From the NCBI GenBank assembly GCA_002104905.1, contig MCFE01000123.1, forward strand, positions 62,001 through 126,000: a DNA stretch of 64,000 bases, given 5' to 3'. A program made the translations under genes and the position numbers. This DNA comes from Basidiobolus meristosporus CBS 931.73. Taxonomy: Eukaryota > Fungi > Basidiobolomycota. Below, in pieces: positions 1 through 10,443 of this stretch. The notes below the pieces were generated by a model, which saw only the letters and a list, made by a program, of their open reading frames with translations, was not told where the DNA came from and did no database searches. The stretch's first letter is position 1; each line of letters opens with the position of its first letter.

Positions 1-215
1 GTGCGGAACAGATCCAATTGCTGCACTGGTATTACAGATGACGTATATATATGCAGGGTGTTTATTTATAGGGGTTCTGTCTCAAATGTGAGACGACCTT
101 GATATTACTTATATCAAAAATTTGATGATCACTGATTTGCGATGGCTCAATTCGGATCGCAAAAAAAAAGGGTTGTCGGGATCATTACGAATGTGAGCGA
201 TTCAAAGCGATCGCA

Positions 216-1463
216 TCATCTTCTCCTGGGTTTTTTTCTCACAGGGATTACTACTGAAGCATTTGGTAGTGACTCACTTTGCACACCTATACTACTTCCA
301 GGCTGACTATCATCTTGGCTACTTGTGTATTCGTAGTCAGTATTTTGCCTCCTAGTTGATGACTGCGATGCTGCAGCTTGGCCGCGCTGAATTGCTCCGA
401 CTGAACTAACTGAACCGGCCTGTAGTGCCACGCGCTGACGCGTTCTTTTACTTGCCAAGGGCTCTGGTGGTTGAGGCACTTCATGTTGGTCATCATCAGT
501 CAGTTCACCAGAAGTAACTCGCTGATGGTCGGGCAAAACGGCACGCACAGGCACGCCTTGACGCGTTGAGATGGCCCTTGGCTGAGTTCAATGGGATGCC
601 GCATGTTGACGCAACTCGGTCCGCTCCAATGGACTCGTGTCTAAATGAGCAGTTTGGCGAGTTCTTGTAGTTTTGCTCTGAAGCGCGCGCGTTGACCCGA
701 CGCGCGTTGACTCAACGCGGGGCGTTCTGGTAAAGGGTGTTGGCGTGGTCTGGACTGACGTGCGCCGGCGCGCTGTGGTTGCAAGAGATGGTAGGGAATC
801 CAGCAAGGCGTGCTGGCGCGATCTGGACGATGTTGCCCGCGGTCTGTATTCTTCCTCCTGAAGCTCACCATCTGATTCCTCAAGGTATTCACTTACCCTC
901 TGTCTGATACTTTGGAGCTGTTGCCTGGATGAGTCCTGTGTATATTGCTCTCGGAAGCCACTTAGCTCTACTAATATATCACATAGTACATTAGTCATTT
1001 GAGGCAAAAACTCATTCAAAATCTCTTTGGTTCCCAAAGTTGAGGCATGAACGGACGCGTCCGGCCCGTACTGTGCAAATTGCGCGCGAAATCGTTCCCG
1101 CGCGGCTTCTTCGTCAAATCCCCTCACTCTCAGCTCATTCTTGATTTCAATACTTGTCTTGTTATATATCTCTTTACATACATCGGCTGGCATCTTGATG
1201 TAGAACTCATGCCACAGCTTTCTACTCAAATTCTTCCATCTTTGTTGACTCTCTGAGGTATCTAGTTCTGCTAGATTAATCAGTAGTGCCCAAATATCTG
1301 TATGAAGGCTCATCATAGACACTTGGGCCATACTAAAATCATTTGGCGAGAACTCAAACGGATCCAACATCGACTTTTCCGGTCCGGACCGCGCTTGTGA
1401 GCTGGGAGATGGGTTTTGTCTGGGTTGTACTAAAGATGAGTTGAGGCTTGGTATGGGGACCAT
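216..1463 (-). pseudogene. Orphan accessory ORF2 of the PHIS element (about 415 codons, one in-frame TGA at 588-590)
   Basis: ORFs 588..1463 and 216..554 are in the same frame, joined by 11 open codons (TQPRAISTRQG) after the TGA. Probably helical N-terminal half, long Ser/Thr/Arg-rich low-complexity tail, and a terminal basic NLS-like RKKPRRR. Confidence 0.65.
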
Positions 1464-1822
1464 AGCAACGGATTTGGATACTTATACAGCAGTATATTGG
1501 CATCAACCTGGTCTTATATGAAATATATATGAAAACTAATGTGATTGTTGAATTTTCCATATATTATGCATGATGCATCTCGGATCGCGTTGACATGGAT
1601 CAGATCACATCAATCGCAGATTTCCTATTTGATTATAGACCTATGATTAAAGCATCAATAAAAGTACCAAGGCATTGTTTGTGGATGATTTTTGCGACAT
1701 AATGATGGGATACATGGCAATTGATGGAGATTTAACCATAATGTGTTAAAAATCAGATAAATAAGGCGGATCGCGCCGAATCGATTCAAACCGCCTTTAT
1801 ACGATCATCCATCAATTTTAAT

Positions 1823-2707
1823 ATGACTTACTCATCTGAATGGTCTTTTCTCATCAATCCCATCACTACCACTGGATTTCCTTTTGACACACTGGAGGAG
1901 ATCTATACCAAGTACTGTGGACCATCAACCCCAATCTACTCAAGGAGATCCCTTGTTAAGCTTCTCTGCTATTACAAGAACTATTGCCCTACAAGGTTTC
2001 ATCCCACCATCCATGGCAACAAAAGTCCTAGAAGCTTTCATTCCCAGCTGACAGCAATGGAGAACCACCTTGCAGAGGGTATGAATGACTTAGAGCAAGC
2101 TTGGAATACTAGGTTCAGAAGCTCCAATAGACTTCCATATCCCAGAGTGTTCAGCAACAGGTTCCATATCAGGAGTATTTTGGATACCTTCCCAGTGAGG
2201 ATTAACAGACCTTCTAGAGGGCAGAGGCACTTTTATTCTGGCAAGTACAAGGCACACTGTGTGAAGTTTCAAGCACTGTCTGACATTGAGGGCAACATCA
2301 TCTGGTTTAGTGGGCCATTTGCTGGAAGTAGGCATGACAAAGCACTCTGGGTAGAGAATCATCCTGAATTCAGTAGAGGGGAGAAATGTATGGCAGACTT
2401 AGCCTATATAGGAGAGGATTGTCAGAGATTAGGATGTATTACAGCTTATAGGAAGCCAAGGAATGGTGTGCTTAGCAGGAAGCAGAAGCTCTACAATGAG
2501 ATATTTAATCATTTCAGAGTGAGGGTAGAGTACACATTTGGATATCTGAAGAGATTCAGCATATTGGCAGGTAAATACAGAGGAAAGTCATATATAGGTG
2601 AAAACAGCAGGATAGGTAAAATAGTTAAGATACTTATTAATGCACAGTATGTTCATACAAGAAGACATCCACTGAGAGAAATGTGTCTGGAGCATTATGA
2701 AGAGTAA
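1823..2707 (+). CDS. DDE_Tnp_4 (HARBI1/IS5-like) transposase, 294 aa, intact
   Basis: Motifs ILDTFP (D), YSGKYKAHCVKFQ, GSRHD, MADLAY (D) and YNEIFNHFRVRVEYTFGYLKRFSIL (E) are typical of PIF/Harbinger/ISL2EU transposases. Confidence 0.9.
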   Translation: MTYSSEWSFLINPITTTGFPFDTLEEIYTKYCGPSTPIYSRRSLVKLLCYYKNYCPTRFHPTIHGNKSPRSFHSQLTAMENHLAEGMNDLEQAWNTRFRSSNRLPYPRVFSNRFHIRSILDTFPVRINRPSRGQRHFYSGKYKAHCVKFQALSDIEGNIIWFSGPFAGSRHDKALWVENHPEFSRGEKCMADLAYIGEDCQRLGCITAYRKPRNGVLSRKQKLYNEIFNHFRVRVEYTFGYLKRFSILAGKYRGKSYIGENSRIGKIVKILINAQYVHTRRHPLREMCLEHYEE

Positions 2708-2914
2708 ATAAAGCAAGGAAAGCACTATTCTGAGCAACATAAGTAAGATTGAGTAAAATTACCAGTAACTGTATCATACCACTGGCATTGTGGTAGAAGT
2801 TATAGTGCCAGATAGTGCCGTAGAGTGCCAGATCAATCCGGCACTATAAACAGGCTGGCACTATGTGGCACTATCCAACGGAACAAGTCTAATGTCTGGT
2901 AGAAGTGGAGGTTT

Positions 2915-3070
2915 GATCCTGATTACAGGGAATCATCATAAGATCATAGATCTGAAAGAAAGTGGCAAAGTCAGGACTACAAATGAGTCCTAGAGTTATT
3001 AAGACTAGCCCAGAGTTGTCAACTGAATCCTTAGCTACTGAATGATACTAAATTGTTCAATATTTCAACA
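2915..3070 (-). mobile_element. Fragment of a copia family-B-like LTR
   Basis: Collinear with the right half of LTRs 11727..12095 and 16045..16413; ends ...CAATATTTCAACA. Confidence 0.75.
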
Positions 3071-4020
3071 AATACTTGGGTTTGGTCTCTACTTTAAGGT
3101 GAAGGGGAAAAGGTCACAAGATTATCAAGGGAAAACTATTGAGCTACAATGCCCAACTTAGTTGGTATCTTAACAATAGTATGTGCCATGTTCAGCATCC
3201 TTTGAGATGACAATGTACTAAAGTTTCCATAATCAAAACATCTGTAAACTCCACCAGCAGGGACTTGATCAGAATGCAGCTGTAGTCAATAGTTACAAAC
3301 ACAGAAAAGTATCTTTGCGTGTACAAGAACATACCTGGGAACAAATCAAATAAAACAAAAGATACCTACTCTGAGTTTTCCGCACAAGTAGTGCCCCCAA
3401 GGTCAGTTGGTTGTCATCATGGTTTCCTGTGAGTGTTCTGTATTGTGGAATTGGGAGTTCAGATAGCTGCTGGTAGCAATCATCACACCAATTAACAAGT
3501 AGATATGTTGACAAAAGGGATGATGATTTACTGCTGAGGGATTGCCTCACTTATATACCTTTCTCACTGGCAAGGTGATTATTAATCAAGGTGTTCCAGA
3601 AGGTTCCAGAGATCAATAGAGCTCCAAATGACATCAGAATAAGCTAAGAAGGTTCTAGTAGATGCCAGAAGGTTTGAATAGGTAGAGCACATGCCAACAA
3701 TCAGGGATCAGTGTACTGGAACCTGTGCAACATTGATATACCATAAATAGAATATAATGGTAGTGATGGTGACACAACTTAGCCAAGTGGCATGGAACTG
3801 GGTGTGGGTACCTGCCTAATATAGAAGCCCTTCAATCTTGTAATCTTGCACAAATTAAGTGATAACTTTTGCAATAAATATGCAGGCATCATAGTTAACT
3901 GGCTTATAAAATAGTACAGGTCAGATAAGACAGATGGGATAAATTAAATTAAGGGTAGTAGAGGAATAGTGCAGTAAAAAAAATGGGAATGGTCTCATCT
4001 ATCAGTGAGTGTAACTATAT
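3071..4020. mobile_element. Truncated family-C LTR
   Basis: Collinear with solo LTRs 33472..34550 and 36746..37815 (shared blocks such as AAACTCCACCAGCAGGGACTTGAT). Confidence 0.75.
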
Positions 4021-6202
4021 TGTAAGAGTCTTGGAGATATAGGAAGTGACTTGGGAGGACAAGTAGATTATGTGGTTTTCACTCAATGATATATCAAATG
4101 TAATGTAATTCTTAAGCTTTCATATTAGCTTGGCATAACAACCTCATTTTATACACTTTGCAGTGTCCCAAGGATATGTGTGCAAAGTTTGGGGCTGTTT
4201 AGACAACTTTGAGAATTCTCAGGTTCTGTGTGCATGTTCTGGGTAAACTTTCCAAGTAAATCCCTATAAGGAATTTGGTCAGTATTCTCTAGGAACTGAA
4301 GGTAATGGTCTATGTGATTCAGTCAGGTCACCTAATTATATACATCCTTCATTATCTTGAAGTTGGTACAAGTCTTGGTATAAGAGTTGTAGAGGAATAG
4401 GGAGTTTAGCTAGTATTGTATTCACTAAAACTTGAACTGATCTTTATTAAGGTTCCAGCAGCTCCTTATATACATTTTGCCAGATCAATTGATGACTAAT
4501 TGTATTTCCTAATGTAGGCTGTGGCTGATGACTCATTTGATTGCATCATCATCACCCAATAAGATCCTACCTAATATATCTATTTCTGTCTGATAAGGAT
4601 CTGCTAATTCATTTGCTGACTAATGCAACTAATTTGATAGTCAATACTGATACATTGATGACCTGAGCATATAACCAATTGCTTTGACTAAAAGCTGATC
4701 TAACTTAAACATTTAAGCGGAAGATCATAGCAAAGTATAGTATTAAGAGCTTTTTGATATAGGCCTAAATCTGCAAAATATTTTCTTAACCACATTGCTT
4801 CTTTTGTAGTTTCACAGCAACAAAACCAAGAAACCCATCAAGCTGGTTCACATATATGTCCTCATCAAGTGCTTCATTCAAGATGTAGTTTTTACACTCA
4901 TATGATGTTTAAAGTCTGGTATTTGGCTGTAATAGTCAATATCAATCTGATGGAATTGAACTTGTCTACCAGTTCAAAGGTCTCAGTATAGTCAAGTCCT
5001 TTTTTTTGAGAGTATTGTTTGGCCACAAGTCTATCTATGCATCCTTCAATTATACCATCAGCTTTATATTTTGTCTCAAAGACTCATCACATCCAATTGA
5101 TTATTGGTTGATTTGTAATTTGACTAGGCCCCAAGTTTGATTTCCATCAGAGCCTGATATTCCTCAGTCCTTGCTGATCTCCAGAACTTTGTCTGTGGGC
5201 TATTCAGGGCCTCTTTTACAGTCTGGTGCTCATCAATATGGACTGAATAGGCATAGGCTAAGTTTGTACCCTTATTGATATAGTAATTTGGTCTCTTTCT
5301 TGTCCTGTTGGATGTCCTGGCAATTGATGCTCAAATGGTTGCTTCTAGGATATTCCTGGGCACTGATTCAAGCTAAATCACACTTATAGAATCCTCTGGA
5401 ATAAAAATATACTCAGTATTTTGTACTGATTTAGTCCTGACAATTGGTGGACTTGAGATCAGATTTTTGTCATAATATGATATCATTTTTTGTAAAAATC
5501 TTGAGGTTACATCACACAACACATCCCTGGATTTGATCAGCTTCTTTGCTTTGGTGTTGTAGAGTCTGTAAGTCTTACTCTCTATGCAGCAGTCCAGAAT
5601 ATGCACTTTGCATTGTTTGGCTCATATTTTGGCAGATTTCCCAGCAGTTTCTTGGCATATGCAGTACACCCAAATATTCTTAGATGTTCTGCACCTGGTC
5701 TGTATCAATACCATGCTTGAAATGGAGTAGAATCACAGAGTATTCTGTTATGACTCCTATTCTTAAGGTGTACAGCTGTATCAAATGATTCCGCCCAACA
5801 GTCATAGGATAATTATTGATCATTTATCATAGATCTTGCTATATCATTTGTTGATCTGTTTGCAAGTTCTGCCACTCCACTTTGCTATGATTGGGAGAAC
5901 AAGTAGATTATGTGGTTTTCACTTAATGATTTATTGAATGTAAAAGTAGTATTTATACATTTACATAGTCTTGGCATAACAAACATGTTGAATAGGTAAG
6001 GACGGTCCCAAGAACATGTGTGCAAAGATTGGGTGGTTTGGACAACTATGAGAATTTTCATGTTCTGGGTACCTGTTTTAGTGGAAATATTCTAAGTAAA
6101 TCCCAACAAGGAATTTGGTCAGTATTCTCTGGGATTTGGAGGTAATGATCTAGGTGACTAAGATAGGTGAATATTTAGGTGGAATTACAAATTTTTACAG
6201 CA
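4021..6202 (-). mobile_element. Internally deleted copia family-A relic (LTR pieces, RNase H/RT/integrase remnants)
   Basis: Family-A LTR sequence at both ends; degraded RYNTKAKKLIKSRDV and RT-start remnants; many stops. Confidence 0.75.
4364..4732 (-). mobile_element. Solo LTR of gypsy family D with 4-bp TSD AAGT
   Basis: Reverse complement of LTR 22637..23003; AAGT at 4360-4363 and 4733-4736. Confidence 0.85.
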
Positions 6203-7495
6203 ATTATCAGTATCATCCCCTTGTGATGCTTACCCTGATTAGTTACTAGCATTAGTTATCCCATATGTTCTTCTGCTTTGCAATCAGTATATGAATCTAC
6301 ATTAGGTAACTTCTGATGGTAGGATAGAGGCCAACCATGGTTCTAACGGGTAATGGGGAATTAGGGTTCAATTCTGGAGAGGGAGCCTGAGAAATGGCTA
6401 CCACATCCAAGGAAGGCAGCAGGCGTGCAAATTACCCAATCCTGACACAGGGAGGTAGTGACAATAAATAACAATACAGGGCTCTTTTGGGTCTTGTAAT
6501 TGGAATGAGTACAATTTAAATCTCTTAACAAGGAACAATTGGAGGGCAAGTCTGGTGCCAGCAGCCGCGGTAATTCCAGCTCCAATAGTGTATATTAAAG
6601 TTGTTGCAGTTAAAAAGCTTGTAGTTGAATTTTGGACCTTGGCCAGACGGTCTGCCTGTTTGGGTACGTACTGTCTTGGCTAGGTCTTTCCTTCTGGAGA
6701 GCCTAGATGTTGTTTACTTGGCATCTAGGGGATCCAGGACTTTTACTTTGAAAAAATTAGAGTGTTTAAAGCAGGCTTACGCTTGAATACTCCAGCATGG
6801 AATAATAGAATAGGACTTTGGTTCTATTTTGTTGGTTTCAAGGACCAAGGTAATGGCTAATAGGGATAGTTAGGGGCATTAGTATTTAATTGTCAGAGGT
6901 GAAATTCTTGGATTTATGTTGCCTGCATCATTATCTGTGACATATGACCCAAGTCTGTGTTACCATCCCTGCCATTTTAATACCATAAATTGTATCTCTA
7001 TGTTGCACCAGTTCTAGACTGCTGCTCCCTGATTGGTTGGATGTGTTGTGCCTTCTAAAACCTTCCAAGACCTTCTTGGAGTATTTTTAGCTCAGAGTGA
7101 TGTCATCACAAATTCCACTGATGCATGGAATTTCCTAGAACCTTCTCATTGGTAATCATTTGGCACTCAGGAAAAGTATTTAAGGGAAGTCAATCCCTCA
7201 TCAATAAATCATCCCTTCTATCAGTAACACTTCTCCCTTACTGATTACTGCCCTGCCCTCAGCACTTACATCTCAGACCTGCCATCAAGGAGCTTTTGAG
7301 GGTAGTGCACAAGACACACAGAGGCCTTTGGAGACACTTGGAGCACCTAGGAAGCTAGAGAAGCAGGAGCTCTGAGCATAGTAGCATACTGTCAAAGACA
7401 CCAGCAGTTTAGACCCAGAGGTTATTGCACCAATCAGATACCTCACACACCTTGAGTTGTATAGCTTCTTCAAGGAGTACCTCTACACCACCACA
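6203..7495. mobile_element. Family-C (C2 subtype) LTR, 5'-truncated, interrupted by an rDNA fragment
   Basis: Both flanks of the 18S insert align contiguously with the uninterrupted LTR at 37994..38797; ends ...CTACACCACCACA. Confidence 0.8.
6308..6917 (+). pseudogene. 18S rRNA gene fragment (about 610 bp, CpG-decayed)
   Basis: Universal SSU blocks: GGAGAGGGAGCCTGAGAAA, CCACATCCAAGGAAGGCAGCAGG, GTGCCAGCAGCCGCGGTAATTCCAGCTCCAATAG, AGAGGTGAAATTCTTGGATTTA. Confidence 0.97.
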
Positions 7496-9275
7496 GCATA
7501 TTTTCCTGATTTTTTCACCATTTTCTCTCTCCACAGTGGCTTTGAATGCCCTGACCTTAGATGTAGCTTCTTTATTTCTCTCCATTAAATAGACCCATGT
7601 GTATCATGTATAACCATCAATATAAGTGAATAAATTCTTAGTTCTGTCTATGGATAAATTTTGCATATGTCTACACAGATCTAAGTGATATAGATATATG
7701 TTTACTTAGGTTGGATCAACTCAGAGTTCCTGAATGGTTGTCTGAATTGTTTCCCATGAATGCAGGCTTCATAGTGCCTCAAACTAGCTGGAGAGTGGTT
7801 CTTACTCCGGAAATTAGCTGATCTTTAATCATGTTGCAGAAATAGTCAAAATTGATGTGCCCAAATCTCCTGTGTCAAAGCATTGGTGTTTTGTCATTCA
7901 AGTTGCTTGTATTTGCTTTCAGATGTGTTGGAAAATAAGTCAACATGTATAGATTTTGACTTCTGATACCTAAGGCAATATGGGCACCATTTTAATCAGT
8001 GATCCTGCATCCAGAATTGTCAAAGCCAAAGCTGAGTCCTACTGCAGTGGCCTTGCTTACAAATAGTAGGTTCTTGGCTATTTCTGGTACATCTAGTACT
8101 CTTATAAAGGTCAGTGTATGATTTCCTTCACTGCTTCTAAGGCTTACTAGGATAGTTCCTTCTCCCACGGCATCAAGCATCCTGTTATCACTCATGAATA
8201 CCTTCTTGCTTACAATTTCTTGGTATTGAGTAAAAAGTTTTTACTGGTGTGTTAAGTGTGAAGATGCTCCAGAGTCAATATACCATGTCTGGGAATCCTT
8301 ATTTGTAGTTGTATTTAGTGCAGATATGAATAGTCTATCTTCAGTTGTTGATGCATTTCCATAGTCAGGCTTCTTTTACTGATTATCTCTCTTTTCAAGA
8401 CACAGGTCTGATGTGTGTCCTTACTTTTTACAGTTGTTGCAAATCATGTTGCTGCTGCCTTTGTAGGGTCTTGGGTATCTTCTTTATTGGATATCAATGC
8501 TTTTCAACGCATTTTCTTCTACCTTTTTATTGATGCTTGATTTTCTTAATTGTTCATCCAAGAGCCTTCCAAATATGTAATTTAAGGTCAGGTCTTCAGT
8601 TCTAGACTCTAAGGCTGATACAAGGCCCTGAAACCTGTCTGTCAGGCTATTCAGGATGATTACTATCACATCCTCATCAGTAATTGATATGCCCACATAT
8701 TTCATTTCATCCTGCAGTATGATAATTCTGTTAGTTAGATTTTTCATATCTTCTCCTGGCAGCATCTTTGTAGTAAAGAACTTTTGTCTAAGATACATTT
8801 TCTTAGCAGTTGAACATGACTGGTAGGTGTCTTCTAATGTCTAATAGGCATTCTTTGACATTTTTGCTCTTGAGCATTGAATAAGCATTTGTCTTTAACA
8901 TTAAAGCAATCACAGTTAAAGGCATATTGTTCATTCTTCTGGTACTTTGAGGATACCTCTCCCTTTGTTTTAGTAGGGCATCCTTTTCTTATGACAGTAT
9001 CCCAGAGGCCTCTTTCTTGTAGCAGCATTTTGATCTTCACCTTCCACAAATGGTAACTAGAACCATCCATCTTGTCAGCAGAGGGAATAGTTCTAGTAAT
9101 AGCAGTAGTGTACATTGCAGAGAGTGACAGCATGGGGCACATAACCTGTGGTAAGAGTCTTCAAGATATTGGCAGTGATTTGGGAGGACAAGTAGATTAT
9201 ATGGTTTTCACTTAAAGATTTATTGAATATAAAACTAGTATTTATACTTTGACATGGTCTTGACATAACAAGTAC
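7496..9275 (-). mobile_element. Copia family-A 5' half (partial LTR, PBS, gag, protease, integrase start), degraded
   Basis: ORF pieces 8834..9142, 8484..8798 and 7992..8195 (DGSSYHLWKVKIKMLL, IDSGAS region); PBS-like GGTTATGTGCCCC next to the LTR at about 9147. Confidence 0.85.
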
Positions 9276-9711
9276 TGCACTCAGTATATCTCAAGTGCAG
9301 ACATTTCTGATAAATTTGATGGCAAATATTACAAACAACTAGGAAGCAAGGGCTACTCTGAAGGTATATAAGACCACACCTTTGGCTTGGTACTTGATGA
9401 ATTCTCATCAAACAAGTACTCTATCAGTAAATCATGCTGATCACTGATTCTCATCAACCTTAATCTGCAACCTCACTTATGGTATTAGAGCAGAAATCTG
9501 ATGGTAGTCTAACTGGTATATGGGCCTGAATCACTGTCCAGCTTGGACAGCTACCCGTATCCCTAGCTCAATGAGTTCTGCATGCTTTCCAGTGGAATAC
9601 AACTAAATAGCCATCATATCAAAGTGCATGTTACTTTCTGCATTGGAGATACCCTAGAAATAGCAAGATAGCTGGCTTTTCTGGGCACAATGGATGGTAT
9701 TGCTGCCTAAT

Positions 9712-10443
9712 AGACTTGTTTTGTTGGATAGTGCCACTTTGAGCCATGAGTACCAAATGATGCTGTAGTATGCCATGGAGGCCAAGTGGACCTATATATG
9801 GCCACAGAGTGTGAACCATAAGCTTGTATTTTCATGCAAAGCTGCCCTTGTGTCTCAGCCATGTACTGGAGAAAATCAGTTTTCAGCCATTCTTCTGGGA
9901 CCAATGTTTTGCAGAATTTTTTAGAGCACAGAAGGACTAAAGATATTTTTTTGCTACTCAATACCCATGTCACTATGAATCTAGCTCCTGCAGCTTGTAA
10001 CATGTCACAAACATGCATGGCATTATCTTGGTCCACTGGCACTATCTGGCTCTATATTTAAAAATTAGCCCTAAAGTAGAGCCTATGCAAAGCATTTACA
10101 GTGCCAGATAGTACCAGTGGACCAAGATGGTGCCATGCATTTTTGTGACATTTTACAAGCTACAGGTGCTAGATTCAGAGTGCCATTGGTATTAGGTACC
10201 AAATAGATATCTTAAGTTCTTTTGTGCTCTTACACATCCTGCACAACATTGATCCTAAGAAAAAGGTCAAATATTGGATCTTCTCCAGTACAATGGGTGG
10301 AACACAGGGGCTGCTTTGCATGAAGATGAAGAACTGTGTTTTACACTCTGCAGTCAAATTCAGGTCTGCTATTCATATCTGGCACACATGGGCACTATTT
10401 GGCACTTGTGGCTCAATGTGATACTATCCAATGGAACAAGTCT
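9712..10443. mobile_element. 732-bp foldback non-autonomous element (MITE) of the PHIS family, TSD AAT
   Basis: TIRs AGACTTGTT.TGTTGGATAG / CTATCCAATGGAACAAGTCT; AAT at 9709-9711 and 10444-10446; arms about 9712-10050 and 10103-10443 are collinear inverted repeats. Confidence 0.9.

Larger units (their letters stand above)
1..2890. mobile_element. PHIS-superfamily (PIF/Harbinger/ISL2EU-like) DNA transposon; left end lies outside the window
   Basis: DDE_Tnp_4-type transposase plus a divergent second ORF. The right terminus ...GTGGCACTATCCAACGGAACAAGTCT ends at 2890, is followed by AAT, and matches the TIRs of the elements at 9712 and 19797. AGTGCCA/TGGCACT subterminal repeats at about 2780-2875. 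Confidence 0.8.

Noticed and set aside
2780-2880. Short AGTGCCA/TGGCACT repeats as a CRISPR-like array
   Set aside because: Irregular spacing, both orientations, no unique spacers; these are transposon subterminal repeats.
6308-6917. Functional rRNA locus or contaminating rDNA contig
   Set aside because: Partial, CpG-decayed and embedded in an LTR whose halves are contiguous in a sister copy.
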